This document shows, one piece after another, positions 39,385 through 47,704 of a stretch of 64,000 nt of DNA. Origin of the DNA: Candidatus Parcubacteria bacterium (lineage in GTDB: Bacteria > Patescibacteriota > Minisyncoccia > Phycocordibacterales > JAACPR01); the NCBI GenBank assembly GCA_039805545.1, contig JBDLUA010000001.1, positions 566 through 64,565 on the forward strand. The letters run 5' to 3'. Position 1 is the first letter of the stretch; each line of letters opens with the position of its first letter. The notes beneath the pieces are model-generated. The model did not search any database and was not told the DNA's origin. It saw nothing but the letters and a program-made list of their open reading frames with translations. The translations under genes were made by a program, and so were the position numbers.

Positions 39385-39879
39385 CTATTTCTTTACCTTT
39401 TTTGCCATATCGTTTGCAATTTCAGTACAAACCCCAATATTTTTCACACCCTCATTCATTAATTCAAAAACCAATCTATAGAAAGAAGGGAGTTGTTTTT
39501 TTATTTCGCTATTTATTTTCTTTCTGTCTTCTTTTAATAATTTATGAAAAATCTTTTTTCTTAGTAAATTAAATTGTTTTAGTTCATCCAGTAATTGTTT
39601 GTTTTTGTTATATCGTTCAAGTCTTACAATTAGTTCACCCAAAGGAGTTTCCTTATCTTTTTTATCTTCAAATTTAAGATTATATTGCTTAAGTGCTAGA
39701 GATACTGCAATTTCTTGACACTCAATTGCATATTTTATTTTGTCTTCTACTTCAAGTGCATAATATAAAAAAGCTTCCACATAAAATTCATTCAATAACA
39801 GCGTTTTCAATCTCTCTCCGAATGGGTGTAGTTCTTTATTTTTACTATATATTGCAAAAATACTCAAAGTGTTATCCAT
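39385..39879 (-). CDS. hypothetical protein
   Basis: 164-aa, K/E-rich, predicted helical. Confidence 0.4.
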   Translation of the reverse strand: MDNTLSIFAIYSKNKELHPFGERLKTLLLNEFYVEAFLYYALEVEDKIKYAIECQEIAVSLALKQYNLKFEDKKDKETPLGELIVRLERYNKNKQLLDELKQFNLLRKKIFHKLLKEDRKKINSEIKKQLPSFYRLVFELMNEGVKNIGVCTEIANDMAKKVKK

Positions 39880-39884
39880 AAATC

Positions 39885-41657
39885 CTACCCCAACACCCCC
39901 TTAATCCTCCTAACCCCCGCACTCGAACTTTCTTCTTTCAGAATTTTAAAATGTCCGAGGGTTCCTGTGTGTGTCACATGAGGACCCATACAAATCTCAG
40001 TACTAAATGCGCCAGTTGGTGAACCGATTTGATATACAGATACTTTGTCTGAGTATTTGTCAGTGAAGAGTCCGATAGCATTCATCTTCTTTGCTTCGTC
40101 ATAGGTTGTATCGTATCGAGTTACAGGCAAATCCTGTACAATAATCTCGTTTACTTTATCCTCAACTTCTTTAACTTCCTCTGGTGTAAGTGCACGAGTA
40201 AATGAGAAGTCGAATCGCATTCGCTCTGTATTGATATTACTTCCCTTTTGTTCAACAGTTGTTCCGAACATATTTCGAAGTACGGTGTGAAGAATGTGTG
40301 TTGTGGTGTGATACTTGGTTTCTATTTCTGAGTTTCCTGCAAGTCCACCCTTAAACATACCTGCTGAGGCAGTCTTGGATGCTTGTTTGTGTTGCTCGAT
40401 TTCTTTATTGATTTCGTCTTTGTTGTATGAAATCTTTTTTTCATCTAATAATTCGTATGTGAGTTCAAGTGGAAACCCGTATGTCGTATAGAGATTAAAA
40501 ATATCTTTTGAAGAAAATTCTCCGGCAATCATTTTTTCAAAATTCTTCATTCCTGACGAGAGAGTCTTTTGGAATTTTTCTATTTCTTTGATTAATTCTG
40601 TTTGAATGAAGTCCTTTGCGGATGTGAGATTGTATACTGATTCATAAATTTCAAAAATCTTTGTTGTTGCCTCTTGTACATTATCTACAGACAATCCAAG
40701 TACATCAGCAAATCGATATAATCGTCGAATCAATCTTCGAAGTACATATCCTTGTGCAGTATTAGATGGTGCAACTTGTTCACTCAGTATAAGCACCGAT
40801 GTTCGAAGGTGATCAGATACAATTCGAAGTGCTCGAACATCTTGATTCTTCGCATGTTCTTTAAGATATGTGTATACAGGAGAAAATAAATCAGTATCAA
40901 ACACACAATCAACTCCTTGTGATGCCATTACCACTCGCTCAAGTCCTCCTCCAAAGTCTACATTTTGTTGTGCGAGATTCTCTAGGCCTTGTGCTGTTTT
41001 GTTATGAAGCATAAACACCGTGTTCCCTACTTCTACAAGTTTTTGATCTGCATCTGCTTGTTCAAATTGTTCGAGTGTAAGGTCACCAAGGTCTTCGTTT
41101 GAAACATTGTAAAAGATTTCACTATCTGGACCACATGGACCAATCTCTCCTGTTGACCACCAGTTTCCAGGAAGAAAAAGAATTCTCTCCTTAGGAATTC
41201 CGAGCTCCATCCAATATGATGCAGTCTCTTCATCCTTTGGAACAAGATCATTTCCAGAAAAACATGTGATGTATGCTTTGTTAATATCAAAATTAAATCC
41301 TTTGTCGGTGAAATATAATTCGTAACTTGTTTGTACACCAGCCCGCTTGATTGCACCAAATTCTTGTGCACTCTCTGCTCCAAGATACCAGTATCCAATC
41401 ATTTCAAAAAAAGTATCGTGCGTTTTGTCTCCAATCTCATCAATATCTTGTGTTCGAATACATTTTTGAATGTTTGTGATTTTGTTTCCAAGCGGATGCT
41501 TTTCTCCTTTGATATATGGAACAAGTGGTTGTACTCCTGCAGTTGTGAAAAGTACTGATGGATCATTAGTTGGAACAAGTGATGCAGAGTCAACAAGAGC
41601 GAATCCCTTGTTTTGCATAAAAGTCTTTATATTGTCTCGTATTTGAGTGTGTTTCAT
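39885..41657 (-). CDS. alaS: alanyl-tRNA synthetase (short form lacking the C-terminal domain)
   Basis: AlaRS catalytic N-terminus (SASLVPTNDPSVLFTTAGVQP) and editing-domain HxxxH motif (HTTTHILH). It is 590 aa versus about 870 typical. Confidence 0.85.
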   Translation of the reverse strand: MKHTQIRDNIKTFMQNKGFALVDSASLVPTNDPSVLFTTAGVQPLVPYIKGEKHPLGNKITNIQKCIRTQDIDEIGDKTHDTFFEMIGYWYLGAESAQEFGAIKRAGVQTSYELYFTDKGFNFDINKAYITCFSGNDLVPKDEETASYWMELGIPKERILFLPGNWWSTGEIGPCGPDSEIFYNVSNEDLGDLTLEQFEQADADQKLVEVGNTVFMLHNKTAQGLENLAQQNVDFGGGLERVVMASQGVDCVFDTDLFSPVYTYLKEHAKNQDVRALRIVSDHLRTSVLILSEQVAPSNTAQGYVLRRLIRRLYRFADVLGLSVDNVQEATTKIFEIYESVYNLTSAKDFIQTELIKEIEKFQKTLSSGMKNFEKMIAGEFSSKDIFNLYTTYGFPLELTYELLDEKKISYNKDEINKEIEQHKQASKTASAGMFKGGLAGNSEIETKYHTTTHILHTVLRNMFGTTVEQKGSNINTERMRFDFSFTRALTPEEVKEVEDKVNEIIVQDLPVTRYDTTYDEAKKMNAIGLFTDKYSDKVSVYQIGSPTGAFSTEICMGPHVTHTGTLGHFKILKEESSSAGVRRIKGVLG

Positions 41658-41679
41658 AAGGTCAAATGTAGCGTATTTT

Positions 41680-42525
41680 TTAAGATTTGCAAATTTCTCT
41701 AATAGTATCCATGATGACTTCTTGTTTTGATTTTCGAATCTCTATCTCATCAAGCACCTCTGGCTTTGCATTGAGATCTGCACAGGTAAGAATATCTTTT
41801 TCTACAAGCATATCTATCTCCTTTCGTGAAAGTTCTGGAACAAGTCCAATTGGATATAGTTTAAATTCTTCGATATATGAAAGAAGGTTTTTGTCTGCAG
41901 GTCTATTCCAACTCATAAGTTCGTATGCACCAGTACATGAAACATATTGATGAGCAGTATCTGTAAAGTTGGTGTTTGTAACAAGCATTCCTCGAGTGAT
42001 GTGTCGGTATTCTTCACCAATCTTTATTTTTTGCCCCTTTAAGTCATCTATTCGGGATTTTACATATAATGCAACCTTTGTATCAGATCTTAGATGTGGC
42101 TCGTTGTGGAATTTTGCTTCAATACAAATTACATCTGTATCATTATGAGCAAATACATCGACTTCATGCTCAATACAGTGTCCTTGAATAGTTACTCCTG
42201 TGTGTGTGGTATATCCAAGTGCATTAAATATTCGTGCAACAAATTTTTCAAATGGAAACCCAGAAGGTCCGAGTTCCATGATTCCCTTTTTAAGAGAATA
42301 TCTGATTGCATTTGGGTTTCTCTTTCGGTGAGAGTTAAGTTCTTTGAATGCGAGTGCATAAATTTCTCCAGTTGTAATTCCGGGTCTAATTTTTTTCTTA
42401 ATATATGCAACTGTATTTGAGATTTCTATATCAGAGGCGCCAGACTTTCGAAGTGAGCGCATTAATTTTTCTTCACTAAATGTTTCTTCTTTACCATCAC
42501 TTTTTATAACGACTACATCAGACAT
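41680..42525 (-). CDS. ATP-cone domain fused to an Mrr-like (PD-(D/E)xK) restriction endonuclease domain
   Basis: N-terminal VIKSDGKEETFSEEKLMRSL (ATP-cone). Central FEKFVARIFNALGYTT...DVFAHNDTDVICIEAKFH (Mrr_cat-like D...E-x-K). Confidence 0.55.
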   Translation of the reverse strand: MSDVVVIKSDGKEETFSEEKLMRSLRKSGASDIEISNTVAYIKKKIRPGITTGEIYALAFKELNSHRKRNPNAIRYSLKKGIMELGPSGFPFEKFVARIFNALGYTTHTGVTIQGHCIEHEVDVFAHNDTDVICIEAKFHNEPHLRSDTKVALYVKSRIDDLKGQKIKIGEEYRHITRGMLVTNTNFTDTAHQYVSCTGAYELMSWNRPADKNLLSYIEEFKLYPIGLVPELSRKEIDMLVEKDILTCADLNAKPEVLDEIEIRKSKQEVIMDTIREICKS

Positions 42526-42530
42526 ATGCT

Positions 42531-42986
42531 TTATCCTTTTATTTCTAATTTAAATGTATCAATATTCTCTGTGTTTGGAATTACAAATCTATTTGTTTCG
42601 TATTCCACACCATTAATCTTCACGGTTACAATGATATTATCAGGTGCTTGAAATGCTGCCTTGTATTGTTTTTGAGAAATTACTTGTGCACACATTACAT
42701 CGGCCTTAGGAGCAACTGTATCGACTTGAATTTGATATTTTGTTGGAGATAATTGATTTACAACAGTTTTAAGAGAATGACATGGAGTTGGAACATCAAC
42801 TGTTCCTGCAAAAATATATTTGGAATCTTTGTGCTGTTCCTTGAGTTCTTTCACCTCTTTAATATCTGCTTGAGTGTTTATTTCAGGAGCTTCAATTACA
42901 GGTTTTTTAAAAATTAATTCATATCCATACACAATAATAAATAATGCTGCAAGTAATGACACGATTGCAATGATTGTGTTTTTCAT
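42531..42986 (-). CDS. hypothetical secreted protein
   Basis: 151-aa with an N-terminal signal/TM (IIAIVSLLAALFIIVYG). Confidence 0.4.
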   Translation of the reverse strand: MKNTIIAIVSLLAALFIIVYGYELIFKKPVIEAPEINTQADIKEVKELKEQHKDSKYIFAGTVDVPTPCHSLKTVVNQLSPTKYQIQVDTVAPKADVMCAQVISQKQYKAAFQAPDNIIVTVKINGVEYETNRFVIPNTENIDTFKLEIKG

Positions 42987-43028
42987 ATGGAGAATTATAG
43001 CACAAAGACCGAAGAGAATGTGAAATAG

Positions 43029-43056
43029 TTGACAGATATTTTAAATAGTGTATAAT
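43029..43056 (+). promoter_or_regulatory. consensus sigma70-type promoter driving candidate sRNA
   Basis: TTGACA (43029-43034), 16 nt, TATAAT (43051-43056). Confidence 0.55.
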
Positions 43057-43062
43057 GCATTC

Positions 43063-43280
43063 CATACATGTCCTTCCAAGACCGAGGAAGAGGGCTGACG
43101 GATGGTTAGTCCATCTGAAATACTCTTCGTGAGATTGCGTAAGCTTTTCACAAAAGAGAGCATGTGAGGCAGATGAGAGCAGTCACCGACTCTGCCAGCA
43201 GGGAGGCTTTCGCAAGGATTGGTCATCTCCCTCAAATCCCGCCGCGCACCAGTAGGCCACTGGTGCGCGGTATTTTCTTT
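43063..43280 (+). ncRNA. candidate structured small RNA (~220 nt, class undetermined)
   Basis: GC-rich island between a perfect promoter and an intrinsic terminator (CGCGCACCAG-TAGGCC-ACTGGTGCGCG plus a U-tract at 43243-43280). The 5' GAGGGCUGAC can pair with 3' GUCAUCUCCCUC (long-range closing helix). It also contains a GC-GUAA-GC GNRA hairpin. Overlapping minus ORFs are not protein-like. Confidence 0.45.
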
Positions 43281-44363
43281 TTAATACAGAATTTTCTCCA
43301 CCACTCCACCTCCCACGCAGTGCTCACCTTGGTATAAAACCGCAGACTGTCCTTGTGCAATAAATGTAGGGAGTTCCTTATCAAATACAATTCGTGTTGA
43401 TTTATCTTCGAATACAAGTGTTCCTTTGAGGGGCTTTTGTCTATATCTAAATTGAACTTGTATATCTGTTTTATTTTCTACTAATGTATGAAAAATCGTG
43501 TCGGCAAGTTCTACTTCTTTTATAAATGGTGCTACTGAACCCACAATAAGTTTATTATTTTTAATGTCCTTATCGATTACAAACAATACTTCATCATTTG
43601 TATTCTTGTATTCTGGTGAAATAGAAAATCCATGTCTCTCACCTATTGTGTATAACTCAACTCCTTCATGAGTTCCAATCTCTGTTCCATTAAGCGTGTG
43701 CACTGTTCCTGGTTTTGTGGTGATAAGTTTTTTGAGAAAAGTTTTCATGTCAACAGGTCCGATAAAGCAAAGTCCTTGTGAATCTTTTTTTTCTGCGGTA
43801 AACAAACCATGTGCTTCGGCAATCTTTCGTACTTCACTTTTTTCTAAATGTCCTATTGGAAACAAGATGTGTTCAAATTTTTCTGTAGAAACATTCCAAA
43901 TAAAATAACTTTGATCTTTGTTTGTATCATGTCCTCGATAGAGCTGTGAGGCTTTATTTTGAGCGTAGTGCCCTGTTGCGACTGCATCGAAGCCATTTCT
44001 CATTGCAAAGTCATAGATAAAGCCAAACTTAATATGTGTATTACACATTACATCGGGATTTGGTGTTCGACCCGCTTGATATTCACTCATCATATAGTCA
44101 GCAACATGCTGTTTGTATTCAACTTCGAGATTTAAAAAATGAAATGGAATCTCGAGCTTGGCACATACTCGCATTGCGTCTTTCATTTCATCTCGCCATG
44201 TACATTCAACAAAGTCAGGTTGCCACACCTTTGCAAAGACACCTTCTACTTGATAGCTGGCTTTTTTGAGTAATATCGCAGCAACAGAAGAATCAACCCC
44301 GCCCGAGATACCGACGAGAACTTTTTTATTCTTGTGTAAAGTATTTATCTTTGTTTGCTTCAT
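43281..44363 (-). CDS. mnmA: tRNA-specific 2-thiouridylase MnmA
   Basis: PP-loop SGGVDSSVAA and conserved MnmA catalytic Cys region. Confidence 0.9.
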   Translation of the reverse strand: MKQTKINTLHKNKKVLVGISGGVDSSVAAILLKKASYQVEGVFAKVWQPDFVECTWRDEMKDAMRVCAKLEIPFHFLNLEVEYKQHVADYMMSEYQAGRTPNPDVMCNTHIKFGFIYDFAMRNGFDAVATGHYAQNKASQLYRGHDTNKDQSYFIWNVSTEKFEHILFPIGHLEKSEVRKIAEAHGLFTAEKKDSQGLCFIGPVDMKTFLKKLITTKPGTVHTLNGTEIGTHEGVELYTIGERHGFSISPEYKNTNDEVLFVIDKDIKNNKLIVGSVAPFIKEVELADTIFHTLVENKTDIQVQFRYRQKPLKGTLVFEDKSTRIVFDKELPTFIAQGQSAVLYQGEHCVGGGVVEKILY

Positions 44364-45270
44364 GTTGTTTTAAAGTTTGAGCATAATACATCTTTCCGTC
44401 ATCCCCTGTCAAAAAGTACAAGTTCTTAGTTGCTTTTGGAAAGGCTGCGGCCTTGAGTGCGGCAATACCTGGATTAGAGATTGGTGTCGGAGTTAATCCA
44501 TATCGAATATATGTGTTGTATGGAGAGTCTTCTTTGAGATCATCTGTAGAAAGTTCAAAGGTGTGCTTACCTCTTTCATATACAAAACTTGCATCAACTT
44601 GAAGGGGCATATCAATAGCGATTCGGTGCCAGAGAATGTTTGAAACTTCTTGCATCGAATCTGCGGTTGCCTCTTTTTCAATAATAGACGCCATAATTAC
44701 AATATCTTTGAGAGATTTTTTTGATGTAAGAATATCTTTTTGTTCTGCTATTTTTTCATCAAATGTAGTTCGCATCTTTGCGATCACCTCTTCTGATTTT
44801 ACATTTTCTACAAAATAATATGTATCAGGAAAAAGATACCCCTCATATGGAAGTGCTTTTTCTATAAATTCGGTAGTTGAAATATTGTAAAATTCTTTTG
44901 ATAAGATATTCGACATTTCTGTTACCGTAAGACCTTCTATAAGAGTAACTTTTTTGACCTCGATTCCGTATTCTCCTTTTGAAATTCTACGCAATACTTC
45001 AAACATATTGTTTGTATCTTTGAATATATAATCCCCCGCGACAATCTTACTGTCTAATTTAAATAGAATAACAATATTTGTAAAAAGAGCTTCAGATACA
45101 ATTACATCGTTTTCTTTTAAATTATGTGCAATAACTTTTACACTATCTCCTTTTGAGATAGTTACTATCGTTCCAGATTTAAATGTAAGTGGTGTTGATG
45201 TAAGAATAACCCACAAAAGTGCGAGTATGGATACTGTTATAAATATTTTTTGTGTAATCGGATTCGGCAT
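44326..45270 (-). CDS. mltG: endolytic murein transglycosylase MltG (YceG-like)
   Basis: N-terminal TM. YceG domain with MPLQVDASFVY and SPYNTYIRYGLTPTPISNPG. Confidence 0.8.
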   Translation of the reverse strand: MPNPITQKIFITVSILALLWVILTSTPLTFKSGTIVTISKGDSVKVIAHNLKENDVIVSEALFTNIVILFKLDSKIVAGDYIFKDTNNMFEVLRRISKGEYGIEVKKVTLIEGLTVTEMSNILSKEFYNISTTEFIEKALPYEGYLFPDTYYFVENVKSEEVIAKMRTTFDEKIAEQKDILTSKKSLKDIVIMASIIEKEATADSMQEVSNILWHRIAIDMPLQVDASFVYERGKHTFELSTDDLKEDSPYNTYIRYGLTPTPISNPGIAALKAAAFPKATKNLYFLTGDDGKMYYAQTLKQHEANKDKYFTQE

Positions 45271-46508
45271 TATATAGGTAGATTATCAGGCGGAGTTTCT
45301 TTTCGCGAATCAACTCGTGAAAGTGTAGGTGTTTGAGCAACTTTTCCTGGGAAGTGATAGATTGTGGCAAGTTCTTCTGTATTTAATACAAAATACTTTC
45401 TGCTTTCTTTTTTATAATTACTCTTCCAGAAATAATCTCTTAGTTGATATGCTTCAAGCATTTCTGCTTTCATTTTTTTGATTCTTCGTCCAAGTGGATC
45501 TTGCCATGGATAATCAAAACTTGTAATCATTAGTGGTTTAAAACTGTTTAGTTCAGGAGAATTAAACTGCTTAAGCATTCCATTCATAAGACCCAACATA
45601 TTTTCATAGGAACCCTTTTTCCCAATATTAAGCATCCGGATTCCTGTATCAAAACTAAATTTAGTAACACTTCGTTCAAGTGCTATGATTGCACGTTTTT
45701 GTGCTTCTGTTTGAACATTTTGTTTTCGCTTCCTGTCCCCTTCATCAAATTCCATGAAGGACTCTTCTTTAATCTTTTTAATTTCAGATTTTGCAGCATC
45801 TTTCCAATTATCAACTTTTTTAGAAAAACTAGGAAAGAGTTTTGTGGGATCAGGATCTTCAGGTTTGTGTGCTCGCACAATAATTTGTAAACAGATATAG
45901 TTATTTTCTTTAACGGTAGTTAAAAACTCGAGGAGTGGTGTGATAGGATCAATCTTTGAATCTTCTTCTTGATCTCCTTTTTCAAGTTGATAATCAATAT
46001 ATGTTTTTATTGGCCAAGGATCGGGCTTTGTGAGCTGAACTTCAACTGCAACCATATCATATTGTTCTTGGTTAAACTTTGCGGCATAATCTTCTGAAAC
46101 GCGTATTTCACTCCCGGGGTATTGCGCATATATTTGGGATTCAATGTATTTTTGAAGTTTCTTTTCACAATTAAGATAAAAATGTACACGTCCTTCGATA
46201 GAAACTATTTCGAGTGTAAACCATGTTCTCACCTTACCTTTTACCCACCGGTCTATCCACGTTGATTCTCCTCCTGTTTGGTATAAGGCAAGAAGAAAAA
46301 GTTCCATTGCAGCCGGAGAGCGCATATGTTCTTGTGGTGGAATAATTTCAAGTAAGACCCATTCAAGAGAGTTATAGTATTTGGCACGATTGTAATCAAT
46401 ATATACATGAAAAAGAAAATACATCAATGCAAGTGGTACTGCAATTGGAATAAGATAGACGAGAAAATCTAGAGCAACAACAAACAAATCTAAAATACTT
46501 GCAATCAT
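45270..46508 (-). CDS. hypothetical membrane protein
   Basis: 412-aa with two N-terminal TM helices followed by a large soluble domain. No motifs. Confidence 0.45.
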   Translation of the reverse strand: MIASILDLFVVALDFLVYLIPIAVPLALMYFLFHVYIDYNRAKYYNSLEWVLLEIIPPQEHMRSPAAMELFLLALYQTGGESTWIDRWVKGKVRTWFTLEIVSIEGRVHFYLNCEKKLQKYIESQIYAQYPGSEIRVSEDYAAKFNQEQYDMVAVEVQLTKPDPWPIKTYIDYQLEKGDQEEDSKIDPITPLLEFLTTVKENNYICLQIIVRAHKPEDPDPTKLFPSFSKKVDNWKDAAKSEIKKIKEESFMEFDEGDRKRKQNVQTEAQKRAIIALERSVTKFSFDTGIRMLNIGKKGSYENMLGLMNGMLKQFNSPELNSFKPLMITSFDYPWQDPLGRRIKKMKAEMLEAYQLRDYFWKSNYKKESRKYFVLNTEELATIYHFPGKVAQTPTLSRVDSRKETPPDNLPI

Positions 46509-46555
46509 TGCATTTATTTTATCATAAAAAATAAAATTGAAAGTAAGTTATACAA

Positions 46556-47584
46556 TTAGATAGCTGTATATTTTCCGAGCTTGTCTTTTTTGAAATACTT
46601 TTGATTTTGGAGATTCACCAAAATAGTATTTTCTTTCACATATCGTTCTTTGAGAACCTTTGAGATGATTTCTTCTTTTGTAAGAGGTCCATGTTTATCA
46701 ATAATGTTTTTGATAACATCTCGAACAACTCCAGAAGCATATCCCCAGTCTGTAAGTGCATACAGACCTCGTCCTACAAGTACAAATCTAGGATCTTTAA
46801 TCAATTCATTGTGACATGTTGCAACATGAGCTTTTTTATCAAACATTTTGTTGATTTGTTGTGCAACTTCTCTAAAGTGAATTGGAGAACCATGTCGTCT
46901 AATTACAAGAAAGGCATAGTCTCGAATACCTTTCACATTAATATTTGGAGATTCGGCTCGTCCCCATTCACCAAGTGGGTTTCGTCCAATTCGTTTTGAC
47001 ATATTAAGCCATCGTCGAACAATTTCTTCTTTTTGATATTGAGGTGCAACATCTTCAAGATATTTAAGAAGAGATGCAGTTATCTCTGAATCAGAAATAA
47101 GAGCGTCTTTTGTAAGTTCTTTGTATAGATTTCGGATTGCAGCTTCGATTTTTTCTGCAACTTGTCCATCTACATACCATCGATGCTTGAAGTAGTCATC
47201 TTCTTTTGATTTTTTAAATTCATTTCCCAAAACAAGGAGGAAGTGGATATGGTTTCGAATACTTTCGTTTTTTGAGATATGATCAAGTAATTCTGTCTCT
47301 GAAATAATTGTTCCAAGCTCTATAAGTACGTTATGAAGCTCAGTGAACACTTCTTGAGTCTTTTTAAATTCTTCTGACTTTCGAATTGAAGCAAGTGCAT
47401 TCTCTTCAATTTGTCGAACTCGTTCTCGTGTGATTCCATATTCTTTACCAATTGCCTCAAGTGTAAGGTGATCAGCAGACACACCAATACCGTATCGTTT
47501 TGTGATAACGTCTTGAGATCGTTGTGGCAAAATCTTAACCAATTTCTTGGTTATTTGTTTTGGTTGAAATGATAATTTAATCAT
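46556..47584 (-). CDS. protein with an N-terminal sigma-70 region-4-like HTH and a long uncharacterised C-terminal domain
   Basis: ITKRYGIGVSADHLTLEAIGKEYGITRERVRQIEENALASIRK resembles sigma70_r4 at residues about 20-70. The remaining ~270 aa match nothing. Confidence 0.5.
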   Translation of the reverse strand: MIKLSFQPKQITKKLVKILPQRSQDVITKRYGIGVSADHLTLEAIGKEYGITRERVRQIEENALASIRKSEEFKKTQEVFTELHNVLIELGTIISETELLDHISKNESIRNHIHFLLVLGNEFKKSKEDDYFKHRWYVDGQVAEKIEAAIRNLYKELTKDALISDSEITASLLKYLEDVAPQYQKEEIVRRWLNMSKRIGRNPLGEWGRAESPNINVKGIRDYAFLVIRRHGSPIHFREVAQQINKMFDKKAHVATCHNELIKDPRFVLVGRGLYALTDWGYASGVVRDVIKNIIDKHGPLTKEEIISKVLKERYVKENTILVNLQNQKYFKKDKLGKYTAI

Positions 47585-47704
47585 GTGTAATTAATAATTA
47601 TTAGCGTATTTTGTTAAAATACACGAATGTCATACACTCCAAACTATCATATTTTTACAATATGTCAAATGGTATAATGAAGGCTCTGAATAAGGCTACT
47701 TTTG

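Noticed and set aside
43041-43417. Minus-strand ORFs 43041..43235 and 43232..43417
   Set aside because: They overlap the candidate sRNA and the mnmA 3' end. They have no RBS and odd composition, and are likely spurious.
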